From Candidatus Fermentibacterota bacterium (GTDB lineage: Bacteria > JAFGKV01), in contig JAUXFG010000002.1 of the NCBI GenBank assembly GCA_030620115.1, forward strand, positions 405-64,404: a DNA stretch of 64,000 nt, written 5' to 3'. The notes beneath the pieces were generated by a model. It was not told the origin of the DNA, ran no database searches, and saw nothing but the letters and a program-made list of their open reading frames with translations. The position numbers and the translations under genes are program-made. Of this stretch, positions 47,873 to 62,100 are shown piece by piece (within the stretch, counting starts at the first letter, position 1; every line of letters begins with the position of its first letter).

Positions 47873-47975
47873 GAAGTCCTATCTGATGGAGATCGCGCAT
47901 CCCCCGAACATCAAAATCGTTGTCCGGTAAATCTCTAGTAAATCCATGGATTTACTAGAGATTTATTCCAATACC
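47873..47975. repeat. about 103-bp repeat containing the 38-bp perfect palindrome, copy 2
   Basis: ...GAAGTCCTATCTGATGGAGATCGCGCATCCCCCGAACATCAAAATCGTTGTCCGG-TAAATCTCTAGTAAATCCATGGATTTACTAGAGATTTA. About 90% identical to 39398..39500 and in the same orientation. Confidence 0.6.
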
Positions 47976-48399
47976 AGAATCCGGGTAGCGCCTCATTGGC
48001 ACCGCGAGCTGGGCATACCGACAATAGACTCTCAGCTCGACCACGTTTCTCCATCTCACCATAGCCTTCCACATGCGTGCCAGCCCTTGCGAAATCGGGG
48101 TCAACAGGAGAACTTGGCACGAGTTTTGATCCCAGTCAGACGACAGTGATAAAGAGAGAAGCCAAGTCCGGATTCCTTATATTGGGGTTCGCACAGGAAT
48201 AGGATCGCAGGCAGGGAAAAATCACAGGCAGGGACGCCTGCGCCACTGAGCTGCGCCACTGAGCTGCCCCACTTGGCAAGGCCGAAAGATGGGACATCAT
48301 AATGGGAGATTATTCCCGAGCGGATCTTGGCACGCATATTCGGACATGGACCGGGGTGGTTTTGGGCCACACCAGATTAAGTCATAGGAGGATGATGTG

Positions 48400-51111
48400 A
48401 TGGCGAAGCAAGTATATCTTTTTGGACTCGGTACGGCTGATGGTTCCGTTCAAATGCGGAATCTGCTTGGCGGAAAAGGTGCGGGTCTGGCCGAGATGAC
48501 CAACCTGGGGCTGCCTGTGCCCCCTGGATTTACGATCTCCACGGAAGTCTGTACCTACTACGAGACGAATAATCACCAGTATCCCGAAGGCATGAAAGAG
48601 GCCGTGAAAGACGCATTGAGAAAGGTCGAGGAGAAGATGGGGCTCGTATTCGGCGATCCCGAGAAGCCACTCCTCCTCTCGGTGCGGAGCGGCGCCAGAG
48701 TTTCCATGCCGGGAATGATGGATACGGTACTGAATCTCGGACTCAATGATCAGACCGTTGAGGGCCTCATCAAGATGGGCGGGGATGCCCGGTTCGCATA
48801 TGATAGCTACCGCCGATTCGTGCAGATGTACGGTGATGTGGTGTTGGGCCTTAAGCCGACGTCGAAGACGGAGGAGGACCCTTTCGAGGTCAACATACAA
48901 GAGAAAAAGAATGAAGTAGGCGCAAAGCTCGACATAGACCTCTCCACTGAAGACTTGAAGGACCTGGTAGGAAGGTTCAAGCAGGCCATCCTGTCCGCCA
49001 CAGGAAGTGATTTCCCCGAGAATCCTGAAGATCAGCTATGGGGATCCATTGGTGCAGTGTTCGGGTCGTGGGACAATGATCGGGCAATCGCATATAGGGA
49101 ATTGAACGGGATCCCGGATGATTGGGGAACCGCGGACAATGTACAAACCATGGTCTTTGGGAATATGGGCCCTGACTCGGGAACAGGTGTGGCATTCACC
49201 CGTGACCCTGCCACAGGTGAGAAGAAACCGTACGGTGAGTACCTCATGAATGCCCAAGGAGAGGACGTCGTTGCAGGTGTCAGGACTCCATTGCCGCTTT
49301 CGGATCTCAAGACTTCCCGCCCCGAGATCTATGATCAGCTTATCTCGACCTTTCAGCGCCTGGAAGATCACTTCAAGGACATGCAGGACGTTGAGTTCAC
49401 CATGCAAGAGGATCACCTCTGGATGCTCCAGACCAGAACCGGGAAACGAACCGGGTTCGCCGCGGTGAGAATCGCGGTGGAGCTTGCTGAAGAGAGGCTC
49501 ATCGATGAGAAAACCGCGCTGGAACGAGTAGACCCTGAACAATTGAACCATCTACTCAGACCCGTCTTCGATCCGGAAGAGAAGAGAACCGCCATCTTCC
49601 AAGAAAACCGGCTCCTGGCCAAGGGTCTGAATGCAGGCCCCGGGGCGGCCAGCGGCAAGGTGGTATTCAGTGCTCCTGATGCGGAAGAGTGGCGATCCAG
49701 AGGAGAGAAAGTGATCCTTGTCCGGATCGAGACCAGCCCAGAGGATATCAGAGGCATGAACGCCGCAGAAGGAATCCTTACGGCCCGGGGCGGCATGACC
49801 TCCCATGCGGCATTGGTGGCGCGGCAGATGGGCAAGGTGTGTGTCGCCGGCTGCGGTGCGCTGAACATCGACTACTCTCAAGCTCGGATGACCGTTGGCA
49901 GCAAGGAGGTCAGAGAGGGCGATACTATCAGTATCGATGGCTTCACCGGCGAAGTGATTGCCGGAGATCTCTCCACGCGTCCTTCGGAGGTTATCCAAGT
50001 GCTCATCGAGGGTTCTTTGAAGCGCGAAAAGTCAGCCATGTTTGGGAAGTATCAGAAGCTCATGCAATGGGCTGACAGATTCCGCCGACTCCGCGTGCGA
50101 ACCAATGCGGACCAGCCTGACCAGGCGCGGAATGCCATCGCATTCGGGGCGGAAGGGATTGGTCTGTGCCGGACCGAGCACATGTTCTTTGGGGAGAGCA
50201 AGATTACGGCTATGCGCGAAATGATCCTGGCCGCAAACTTGGAAGATCGAGAGAAGGCCCTGGCCAAACTCCTTCCCATGCAGCGGGAAGACTTCAGAGG
50301 CATCTTCCGAGCCATGGACGGATATCCGGTCACCATCAGGACCCTTGATCCTCCGCTTCACGAGTTCCTTCCGCACGACGAAGACAAGATCATTGACCTC
50401 GCCGCCTCCATGGGAGTGGACGCTGATCAACTGAAAGCAAAGGTCAAGAGTCTGCATGAAAGCAACCCCATGCTGGGGCATCGCGGCTGTCGACTCGGCA
50501 TCTTCTACCCTGAGATCACGCGGATGCAGGCAAGGGCAATCTTCGAAGCCGCATGTGAGGTGGCGAAGGAGGGTATATCCGTCATGCCGGAGATCATGAT
50601 TCCCGTGGTTTTCGAGCGCAATGAATTTGCCGACCAAGAAAAGATCGTTCGCCAGGTAGCCGAGCAAGTCTTCCAGGAACGGGGGATGAAGGTCGATTAC
50701 CTCGTGGGCACGATGATCGAGCTCCCCCGGGCCGCCATCACCGCAGCTCAAATCGCACGAGATGCCGAGTTCTTCTCATTCGGCACCAATGATCTGACAC
50801 AGACCGCCTTGGGCATCTCTCGTGACGACGCAGGCACCTTCCTGCCACGCTACATAGAGACTGGCATTTTACCCTTTGATCCGTTCCAATCCGTGGATAG
50901 GGAAGGGGTCGGCGAGCTCATGAAGTGGGGTGTGGAGAAGGGACGGACAACTCGACCGGACCTAAAGGTTGGCATATGCGGTGAACATGGAGGAGATCCC
51001 AAGTCGGTCGAATTCTGTCACGAGATCGGTCTGAACTATGTGAGCTGCTCTCCGTTCCGTGTGCCAATTGCCTGTCTCGCCGCAGCAAGGGCGGCAATCA
51101 ACGACGACTAG
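48400..51111 (+). CDS. ppdK: pyruvate, phosphate dikinase
   Basis: SD AGGAGGA 7 nt upstream of ATG. N-terminal [43 protein letters not shown], a central phospho-His domain (...[19 protein letters not shown]...), and a C-terminal PEP-utilising domain. Confidence 0.9.
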   Translation: MAKQVYLFGLGTADGSVQMRNLLGGKGAGLAEMTNLGLPVPPGFTISTEVCTYYETNNHQYPEGMKEAVKDALRKVEEKMGLVFGDPEKPLLLSVRSGARVSMPGMMDTVLNLGLNDQTVEGLIKMGGDARFAYDSYRRFVQMYGDVVLGLKPTSKTEEDPFEVNIQEKKNEVGAKLDIDLSTEDLKDLVGRFKQAILSATGSDFPENPEDQLWGSIGAVFGSWDNDRAIAYRELNGIPDDWGTADNVQTMVFGNMGPDSGTGVAFTRDPATGEKKPYGEYLMNAQGEDVVAGVRTPLPLSDLKTSRPEIYDQLISTFQRLEDHFKDMQDVEFTMQEDHLWMLQTRTGKRTGFAAVRIAVELAEERLIDEKTALERVDPEQLNHLLRPVFDPEEKRTAIFQENRLLAKGLNAGPGAASGKVVFSAPDAEEWRSRGEKVILVRIETSPEDIRGMNAAEGILTARGGMTSHAALVARQMGKVCVAGCGALNIDYSQARMTVGSKEVREGDTISIDGFTGEVIAGDLSTRPSEVIQVLIEGSLKREKSAMFGKYQKLMQWADRFRRLRVRTNADQPDQARNAIAFGAEGIGLCRTEHMFFGESKITAMREMILAANLEDREKALAKLLPMQREDFRGIFRAMDGYPVTIRTLDPPLHEFLPHDEDKIIDLAASMGVDADQLKAKVKSLHESNPMLGHRGCRLGIFYPEITRMQARAIFEAACEVAKEGISVMPEIMIPVVFERNEFADQEKIVRQVAEQVFQERGMKVDYLVGTMIELPRAAITAAQIARDAEFFSFGTNDLTQTALGISRDDAGTFLPRYIETGILPFDPFQSVDREGVGELMKWGVEKGRTTRPDLKVGICGEHGGDPKSVEFCHEIGLNYVSCSPFRVPIACLAAARAAINDD

Positions 51112-51120
51112 GAGATACAG

Positions 51121-53043
51121 ATGATCGGTGTGCTCCGGCTTCAGAGTGGGGCAGGCACTCTCCTTGTTTATCCGGAAGTAGATCCGGGCACGGGAGAGCT
51201 CATCCATCTGGTGATGGTGGCGGCGCAGGGCTATCAGGAACAAGAGGTGGCAAGGGCAGTCGCCTCTTTTCTGGTCCATGCGAGCGGTGATACGGACGCA
51301 TGGATGGCGGGTCCCGGGCCCATGCTCACCAAGGCGCTTGCACAGGTGGAACCTATCACCGTCCAGGGCGGGCTCTTGCTCAGTTGTGCGGTATGCATCC
51401 GCAAGGGACAGATGGTGGAGACTGCATTTGCTGGTGATATCGAGGTGAGGCTTGCGCGGATGCACAAGACGGAGTGGTTCGAGGGGAGCCGGAGCCAGGA
51501 ATCGGGTCTTACCACCGCAACCTTCGGCATTGCTGCTGACGATGTCCTGGTGATCACCACACAAGCCCTCATGGACGAAATGACCGCTGAGGAGCTGGCC
51601 AAGACGGTTCTCGTTGCGGACCCGCCCGAGGCGGTCAATCGTGTGGAGAGACGCCTTCAGAATGCCACGTTTCGCGACCCGCAAGCAATCATTCTGGCTT
51701 CATTTCGGAAGAACCTCCCCGCCATGGGGGAACCGGGCAGTCCGGCCAAGGTTTTCCCCGGCTTGTTCGGGATTTCCCAACCCCGCAGGCACTTCCCGAA
51801 AATCGCGCTTCCCGTAGGCCTGGCGGCAGTGGTGGTCGCCATCCTCTTCGTGATATTCGGCACCAATCTCTTCCGGGAGCCCGGCCCAGGCGAGCCCGGC
51901 ATGGTGCGGGAACGAGAAACAGACCGGCAGCCGGTGGAAACGACCAAGATCCCGGCAGCGGAACCAGAAACCACCGTGATCGAATTGCCCCCTGCTGTCC
52001 AACCTCCGACTGATTCAGTGGCGAGGATTCCTGCAGCGGTCACCGAGCCTGACGAACAAGAACCCCTGGGCAAACCAGGAGAACTTCTGTGGAAGGTGAG
52101 AATCGGCGGCAGCAACTTCTCTTCTTCTCCATGTGTGGCGGGGAAGAAGATCTATGTGGGGAGCAAGGATACCCATCTCTATTGCCTCTCCACCTCCAGT
52201 GGAGAAGTCGTGTGGAAGTACAAGACGGATGGCGGGATTGGATCATCGCCGCTCATCGTGGACGACAGACTCTGCTTCGGGAGCTATGACAGTACTCTCT
52301 ACTGCATCAACCGCCACTCCGGTGAGCTTCTCTGGAAACAAAAGGTCAACAATCGTATCGCGACAAGCCCTGAGGCTCGCCACGGGATGGTTTTTTGCGG
52401 CAGCGATGACCATTCACTCTACGCATGGAAGCTGTCGACTGGCGCGCCAGTCTGGAATCGCGAGACCGGCGATGTCATTTGGGCCAGACCGGTGATTCTT
52501 GATGAACAGCTGTTTATTGGAAGTCTCGATGGCCTGTTTTATTGCCTGCACCCAAAGACCGGCGAGATACAGTGGAGTCAGGAGGCGGGAGGAAAGGTCT
52601 ATGCGTCGGCCGCACTCGCGGGTCGAAAGACGGTGCTGTACGCCTCTGCTGCCGGGCACATCAGGCGAGTCACCCGAGACAGTGGTGACCTTATTTGGCA
52701 GAGCAATTTTGGTTCTATCTACTCCACGCCTGTCTTTTTTGAGGATCTGATCTACTTTGGCAGCAAGGATGGTCTTTTCCATTGCCTGGCCGCTGATAAG
52801 GGCAATCAGATATGGAGTTTCTCAACCACCAGGGCCATACGCTCCTCACCTGTCATTTCAGGGAATACCGTGTACGTTGGAGGATATGACGGAAGACTCT
52901 ACGCCCTGAACCGGGATACAGGCAAGAAACGCTGGGAGTTTGACACAAAGTCTCGTATCTATTCCACGCCGGTTGTCTCTGGCGGTCGTGTCTTCTTCGG
53001 AGATCTGACGGGCTGGTTCTACGCGTTGGCCGCTTCTTCCTAG
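51121..53043 (+). CDS. fusion protein: degenerate PP2C-like (pseudophosphatase) cytoplasmic domain - TM segment - PQQ-like beta-propeller
   Basis: The N-terminal 230 aa follow the PP2C order (...LVMVAAQGYQEQEVARAV..., ...ETAFAGDIEVRLAR..., ...IAADDVLVITTQALMDEM...) but lack the metal-binding DGxGG Asp residues. A TM segment (LPVGLAAVVVAILFVIFG) follows. The C-terminus has 7-8 PQQ/BamB-like repeats (...G.VVWKYKTDG.I.SSP...). The start is 10 nt after the ppdK stop, with SD AGGAGA. Confidence 0.55.
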   Translation: MIGVLRLQSGAGTLLVYPEVDPGTGELIHLVMVAAQGYQEQEVARAVASFLVHASGDTDAWMAGPGPMLTKALAQVEPITVQGGLLLSCAVCIRKGQMVETAFAGDIEVRLARMHKTEWFEGSRSQESGLTTATFGIAADDVLVITTQALMDEMTAEELAKTVLVADPPEAVNRVERRLQNATFRDPQAIILASFRKNLPAMGEPGSPAKVFPGLFGISQPRRHFPKIALPVGLAAVVVAILFVIFGTNLFREPGPGEPGMVRERETDRQPVETTKIPAAEPETTVIELPPAVQPPTDSVARIPAAVTEPDEQEPLGKPGELLWKVRIGGSNFSSSPCVAGKKIYVGSKDTHLYCLSTSSGEVVWKYKTDGGIGSSPLIVDDRLCFGSYDSTLYCINRHSGELLWKQKVNNRIATSPEARHGMVFCGSDDHSLYAWKLSTGAPVWNRETGDVIWARPVILDEQLFIGSLDGLFYCLHPKTGEIQWSQEAGGKVYASAALAGRKTVLYASAAGHIRRVTRDSGDLIWQSNFGSIYSTPVFFEDLIYFGSKDGLFHCLAADKGNQIWSFSTTRAIRSSPVISGNTVYVGGYDGRLYALNRDTGKKRWEFDTKSRIYSTPVVSGGRVFFGDLTGWFYALAASS

Positions 53044-53152
53044 GCCGCATATGTCTGGTTCGAATTCGTGTTTCTTGAAACTTGAAACCCGACACCTGAA
53101 ACCTGTAGTAATCTCTTGATGGATCCGGACAACATCGGAGAAATCCCCCTCA

Positions 53153-53175
53153 GTCCCCCTTTGCAAAAGGGGGAG
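53153..53175 (+). terminator. possible terminator hairpin after the PP2C-PQQ gene
   Basis: CCCCCTTT-gca-AAAGGGGG, an 8-bp stem. No clear U-tract follows. Confidence 0.25.
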
Positions 53176-53310
53176 GTGTTCGGATGCTCGGATTTATTGA
53201 AAGATTGGAAACATGACACCTGACAACAGCGTAGAATCCTGACTTCGCCCGGGGCATGAGGTTTCTAAGGAATAGACAAAACAGCGTTCTCTCAGAGAAT
53301 AGGAGGGGTC

Positions 53311-53688
53311 ATGCCGCTGTATGAGTATCGTTGCAGAGATTGTGGGAAGGTGAGCACCATCCTGGTTGGAATTACCATGGAGAAGCCGGCAATCTGCTGC
53401 GCACGCTGCGGCGGAACCGACTTGGAGCGGCTAATATCTCGCGTACATCATCTCCTTGGTGAGGAAGCGCGCATGGAGAAGATGTTGGATCCTTCCATGC
53501 TGGCGGGTGTAGATGAGAACGATCCCAAGAGCATCGCACGTTGGGCACGGAAGATGGGGCGAGGCCTCGGAGACGATATGGGGGAAGACTTCGACGGTCT
53601 TGTTGATGAAATGGAGGAGACAGCGGCCCGTGAGATCGAATCTGGTCCGCACGGAGACGATGAATCCATCCCAAACGATCTTGATTAG
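53311..53688 (+). CDS. FmdB-family zinc-ribbon protein with acidic C-terminal tail
   Basis: MPLYEYRCRDCGKV...CCARCGG is the FmdB CxxC...CxxC ribbon. SD AGGAGGGG upstream. Confidence 0.6.
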   Translation: MPLYEYRCRDCGKVSTILVGITMEKPAICCARCGGTDLERLISRVHHLLGEEARMEKMLDPSMLAGVDENDPKSIARWARKMGRGLGDDMGEDFDGLVDEMEETAAREIESGPHGDDESIPNDLD

Positions 53689-53690
53689 CC

Positions 53691-53862
53691 CGGACTTCTC
53701 ACCGGCTTTCGAGGCGAAGCTGCCGAGATGGTTCTGAATGCGAGGCTTACGACTGAGGACCTCGCAGGCGTATCCTCGATCCGCCAGCTGGCGGAAAGCA
53801 GGCAGTGCCATATCGGCTGCTGCAGCCTAAAGTTGGTGAGAAATCCGGGCTAGCCCAGACTT
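53691..53862 (+). mobile_element. repeat C copy (MITE-like transposase 3'-end remnant flanked by short inverted repeats)
   Basis: CCCGGACTTCTCACC ... GGTGAGAAATCCGGGCTA inverted ends. The interior translates to ...TEDLAGVSSIRQLAESRQCHIGCCSLKLVRNPG*. About 75% identical to 7855..7978 and, in reverse, to 38983..39166. Confidence 0.5.
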
Positions 53863-54075
53863 CCCTGTTTCTTGCTGATGTGAACAGTTGACCGATTTAA
53901 TGGACGGAACTCAGCTCCGCTTCGCCACCTGCCAGCCGGCAGGCACGCAGAATTGGGGCATTGGTATGATGGAGTGGGAAAGAATCTGTAATATAGAATC
54001 TGGTAATCTGACGAGATGGGAAAAAGCGAAGTGCGGAAATGCTGGAATGCAGAGATTCTTCGCTCCCTTCAATCG

Positions 54076-54110
54076 CTCAGAATGACAGTGGTATCATGTG
54101 TCATTCTGAG
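54076..54110. repeat. hairpin of the GTCATT(C/G)(T/C)GAG family
   Basis: CTCAGAATGACA-gtggtatcatg-TGTCATTCTGAG, with arms identical to the 28816..28870 hairpin. Confidence 0.5.
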
Positions 54111-54323
54111 GGAGCAAAGCAACTGAAGAATCTGGGTGGGGAAGGGGGATTGTGATTCTGTCATCTCTTCTCCTTGAGAAGTCATTCCCCAACATTCCAT
54201 TATCCCATTATTCCAGCATTCTTCAGGGAAAGGTCGAATCGTGAGTCGGTGCAGGAGACGTTGCATGCCAAAGAGGTGTGGAATTTCCGATACATCCAAT
54301 AATACTGTGGTGCGAGTACTGAT

Positions 54324-57317
<2,994 letters not shown>

Positions 57318-57461
57318 AAGGAAGTTCGAAGCAATGGCGCAAGCACGTGTGATCAGTTTCGCAATATTGGAGGTCCCCCATTTCTCACCAGCTTGGCTCA
57401 CAAGACAGCCCAGATGTCAGGGCCTTCCATCGGGTCGAGTACATAGCAGAAGAGGCATACG

Positions 57462-59075
57462 ATGATTAGACAATTCTTGGCTGGACCTAGCGCACTTTTG
57501 GTGCTCCTCCTCGCCTGCGCGAGCACGACCGCGGATCGTCTGCCGGTAGGCGAGGCATATTCCGACACCCTGCAACTCGCCGTAAGGCTTTCTGAGGAAC
57601 GCGACCTTGATGGATGCGTCCAGGAGCTCCAGCGGATCGTGGCACTGCCCTCGTCCCCCATGGTGAAGATCCAGGCGTACTGGAGACTGTATCTTGTGCA
57701 TCGCGATAGAGGAGAAAGCCTGGACGCATTGCAGGCGCTTGTTTCCTGTCTTGAACGAGACGCCGCACATCGATCCAGCATATACGGGAGAGCACGATCG
57801 AGTCTGGGCCCCGCAGTGGTGGATGCCCTGGCGGCGGATATCAGCTGGGCCACGATCTCGAATCTGCTCGGCGGCATCGAGGAAGTGGAGCTAACCCTCG
57901 ATCTCGTCTCCTATTTGACCGAAAACGAAGACTGTTATCCCGCGTCGATATTGCTCGGTAAGCTCGCACGCCAAGGACTCGACGCAGGGGATGAGCAAAG
58001 AAGAACGCGATTGGCGAAGAAAGTGATGCGCTGCATGGAGAAGACCAGACCAACGCTGGCTCTGGTGGTACCGCTCACAGGCGACTATGCGGAGTATGGA
58101 TCGAACCTCGCGCGCGGAGCGGAACTCGCATTGTTGGATTCAGCTTCCGCCGGCACTCTCATTCTGGAGAAAATCGATTCCGGTTCCGATCCGGTTGAAG
58201 CCACATTGGCCATGAGTCGATTGGCAAGGTCACCGCACGTCATTGCGGTCATCGGCCCGCTGCAGAGCAGAGCGGCCACGGGAGCCGCAATGGCAGTGAC
58301 CCAGGGGGAGCTACCCAATCTTGTTCCCCTTCCTGCCCCACAGGGTCTATCCAGATTCGGCAAATGGGTCTTCCAGAGTGCCGTGCCGATTCAGGCTGAA
58401 GCGAGAACCGTGGCCAAGTATGCCATGATTCACGGAGGAATATCGAGGTTCGCCATCCTGTATCCTTCCCACGCCACAGGAGAGCGTGCCATGGATGCCT
58501 TCAAGAGCCAGGTATACGACCTTGGCGGCGAGGTTGTGGCCATCGAGCGCTACAGCGAGGACCGAGATACTGATTTCCGTACACAGATCGTGAATATCAA
58601 GCGGGCATCCCCCCAGGCGCTTTTCGTGCCCGGGCAGCCAAGGGAACTGATTCAGATTGCCCGACAGGTCGCCTTCTATGAACTCGAATGCCAACTCCTT
58701 GGCACCGATGGTTGGAGCTCAACCGAGGTTATTGCCCGGGGTGGACGACTGGTTGAGGGTGTCATCTTCTCCGACCTTGCCGGCATGGAGAAAAACACCT
58801 ACGCGGTTGACATCTTCAGAGCAACTTATCAGGAACGGTTTGCACGGGATCCCGATCACTATGCCTACATCGGATTCGACCTTGCCTCCTGCGTGAGAAA
58901 GGCGGTTGAGAACGGGAGAACCACCAGAGACGGCCTGCGGCGATACCTCGAAGGTCTCGGGCCTATCATGCGGGTTTCAGGGGTCCTCAGCTGGCGCGAC
59001 GAAGACACTCCCGGCGCGATTCAGTTGCTTACCATCGCCGATGGTCTGGTGGTACCACTGCCCATGGGGTCGTAG
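57462..59075 (+). CDS. lipoprotein with N-terminal helical (TPR-like) region and C-terminal type-1 periplasmic-binding fold (LpoA-like PBP activator or LivK-like binding protein)
   Basis: Lipobox LLLACAST. The C-terminal 330 aa show the ANF-receptor/Leu-Ile-Val-binding pattern (...VVPLTGDYAEYGSNLARGAELAL...). This architecture resembles LpoA. Confidence 0.4.
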   Translation: MIRQFLAGPSALLVLLLACASTTADRLPVGEAYSDTLQLAVRLSEERDLDGCVQELQRIVALPSSPMVKIQAYWRLYLVHRDRGESLDALQALVSCLERDAAHRSSIYGRARSSLGPAVVDALAADISWATISNLLGGIEEVELTLDLVSYLTENEDCYPASILLGKLARQGLDAGDEQRRTRLAKKVMRCMEKTRPTLALVVPLTGDYAEYGSNLARGAELALLDSASAGTLILEKIDSGSDPVEATLAMSRLARSPHVIAVIGPLQSRAATGAAMAVTQGELPNLVPLPAPQGLSRFGKWVFQSAVPIQAEARTVAKYAMIHGGISRFAILYPSHATGERAMDAFKSQVYDLGGEVVAIERYSEDRDTDFRTQIVNIKRASPQALFVPGQPRELIQIARQVAFYELECQLLGTDGWSSTEVIARGGRLVEGVIFSDLAGMEKNTYAVDIFRATYQERFARDPDHYAYIGFDLASCVRKAVENGRTTRDGLRRYLEGLGPIMRVSGVLSWRDEDTPGAIQLLTIADGLVVPLPMGS

Positions 59076-59135
59076 GAGCGCGCTATTCGGGCCACTGATC
59101 AAGGCTTTCACTGGGGCGTTCTTGTCTGGATCGCC

Positions 59136-62100
59136 ATGATGATTCTCTTTTGCTCTCCCCTTTCAGCCACCCACCGCGCATCCACCAAGAAATCCATTGC
59201 CTATCGAGCCGACGAATGCGTCACCAATCTGAAGGAAGGGATCACGACGCTGCGGCGGAACGTCAGGGCGGTGGCAAAGCAGTGGACCTTGACGGCGGCA
59301 TGGGGTACGTATCGAACGACTCCTGAACTACTCCGATTGGGTGGCGACGTGCAGGCCACGTGGCACGGAGACTCGGCATGGGCCCAACAGGCGAGGATCG
59401 TGCCTGCCGATTCTCTGGTTGAGCTTCTTCATCGAGTTCGGCTTCTCCGGGAAGATGGATCCCGTCTTCTATGCTCCCGTTTGTTGTTCAGTGGCCTCAC
59501 GGATGTCACAGAGCTCACAGGCCCACTCTCCCTCGTCGACTCCACGGGCTCCTATGAGGCCAGAGCGGACACTGGTTGGTTCTTCGAACAGCAGCATATC
59601 CTTCACCTGGCACGATCCTGTACTCTATTGATACAAGCATCGGAATCCGATCCTGTGACCGTTCTGTCTGACTCAGCACTCATCGAACAACCTTCGAATC
59701 GACTCGTGGCCAGTGGCAGGGTCATCATAACGGGCCCCGAGATACACGGAACGTGCCAGGATTTGGAGTATGACGGCAGCGAAGACCGCGTCATTCTCAC
59801 CGGCGATCCTTCGCTTCAGAGCGGACAATTCCTCTGCACTGCACAGAGGGTGGTACTGCAGCGGCGTGACGGCGCCTTCAGCCAAATGGTGCTGGAGGGA
59901 GACGCTTGGGCGGCTCAACAGGAGGTCAATGCCGACTCTGCCTCCTGGGACCAAACGTGGGGCGACAGAATGGTGCTCTGGCTCCGTGACCGCAAACCCT
60001 CGTCCATGTTGGTTACGGGGAATGCCAGGGCCATTCATGCCGTGGCGGACTCAAGCGGTCGTCACGTGGGGATCAATGATTCCCACGGGGACAGCCTTTT
60101 CCTGGAACTGGAGGATCAAGACCTGGCATATCTCAGGATCTCCGGTTCGGCTAATGGCACCTATGTCTCGAAACACGGCCATACCGACATGCCAGATGAA
60201 TCGACGGACTATTCGGCGGACATGATATCCTTCGCCAAAGAGGATCACCTTCTGACTATGAAAGGCAATGCCGATCTCCAGAGCGGTACACTCCGGCTCA
60301 CTGCATCGGAGGTCAGGTTCTCTCTCTTTTCCAAGGAAATGGTGGCACTGGAGAATGCTGTTCTGAGAGACGGCGAACAAGAGGTCTCCGGCAAGCGCAT
60401 GAGCTTCAGTACGATCAAACGGCAAGGCGTAGTCACGAACGGCATAACCCAATTCGAGAGCGCCTTCTCATTCGGCACACAGGTTGCCCGCGTGGATGAA
60501 CGATCGCTGGACATCAGACATGGGCAGTTCACCTCATGCGATGAGGATCATCCGCACTTCTACATCACCTCGCCCAGAATGCGCGTCACCATGGACGACA
60601 AGGTCGTATGCCGGCCGTTGATCATGTGGGTACACGATGTCCCCGTCTTCTGGCTCCCCTACTCGGTTTTCCCCATTCGAAGAGGTCGACATTCCGGCTT
60701 CCTCGTTCCTCACTTCAGTGCCCGCAACATCCTGGGCTTGGAGGGTTCGCACACGAGTATCGAGGACCTTGGATACTACTTCGTGCTGGGTGACTATGGG
60801 GATCTGAATCTATCTCTTGACTGGGAAGAGGATCTCGGGTGGACTGCCAAGGCCAATGCGCGCTATGCACTGCGCTACCGTATCAGACAAGGCGATATCA
60901 CGTTCAACTATGCGCGACGGGATAACATATCCCAATGGATAATCCACCATGTCCACGATCAGTATCTTCCCCATGGGTGGCGGCTCAAGGCAGACATCAA
61001 TGCCACGCGCAGCAAGGAATATATTGATCAAGAAACTCCGGACATCGAGGACCGCCTCAATCAACAAGCCGGGTTCAAATCCGCCTTGACTCTGAACAAG
61101 AATCTCCCTGGCTGGAGCCTGCGGATGAGCTTGAGGAGGGACCAGAAATGGACTACCACCCAGCCGGAAGGGGAAGAGGAATCCACGACTGAGACCATCA
61201 CCACCATGCTTCCGGAGATAGTGATCTCCCGTCCCAGCAAACGGCTCTTCTCTCCACAAGCTCCCACAGTGCCATGGTTCAAGGAGCTCTATGCATCACT
61301 GAGTTCCTCGTTCAAGAACCAGACCATACAAGGAAGCGATGAGGTAACCGAGGATCACTCGATAGGAACGCGGCACTCCACATCGTTGCGATGGCAACTG
61401 CCCAAGATACTGCGGAGAGTAAGCCTCTCGCCCAGCGCCTCATACAAGGAGACATGGGTTCATCTGGGAAAAGAGCCTGAACAAGGAGAGCGGATGAAGT
61501 GGGATCGTGTCGGTGTGCTCTCCAACATCAGCGTGTCCGCATCAACCAAGCTCTACGGGCTTCTCGAGCCACCCATTGGTCCGGTAGTGGCGCTCCGCCA
61601 CGTGGTCACGCCGAGCCTCGGCTACAGCTATACGCCGGACTGGTTCACCTATGGATGGGACTTCAGGACAGGCAAGTTCAGCCAGGACGATGATCAGCCG
61701 TACAGCGACGCTGGCTTTGGTGTTTCGTCTACCAAATCGAGGCGGCTCAACCTGGGCCTCGGCAATCTATTTCAGGCAAAGCTCAAGAGGGGAGAGGATG
61801 TCGTAAGAAAGGATAACCTGGCCAGCGTGAACTTCTCCACGAGCTATGACTTCCAACGCAAGGAAAATGGGGAGGATCCGTGGTCATCCTTGCGCACAAG
61901 GCTGGACTTCTCCCCCGCGCGGGCTCTTTCGTGGAATCTCACCCTGAACCACGATCCAAATGAGCGCCTGGGATTTCTTTCCCTCACGTCGTCGGCAATG
62001 CTCCGCTTGAACGGTGGTTGGGAACGGCCGTCCATGCTCGGTAGCGGGGGTATGCCGCTGGAGCCATTTCGCTATAAGTGGAATCTCACGGCGAGGCATT

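Noticed and set aside
50032-51684. 239-aa and 240-aa minus-strand ORFs
   Set aside because: Antisense to ppdK and to the start of the PP2C-PQQ gene.
53051-53075. tRNA-like T-loop sequence GGTTCGAATTCG
   Set aside because: No acceptor stem, D-arm or anticodon-arm pairing can be drawn around it. No other T-loop consensus matches were found anywhere in the window.
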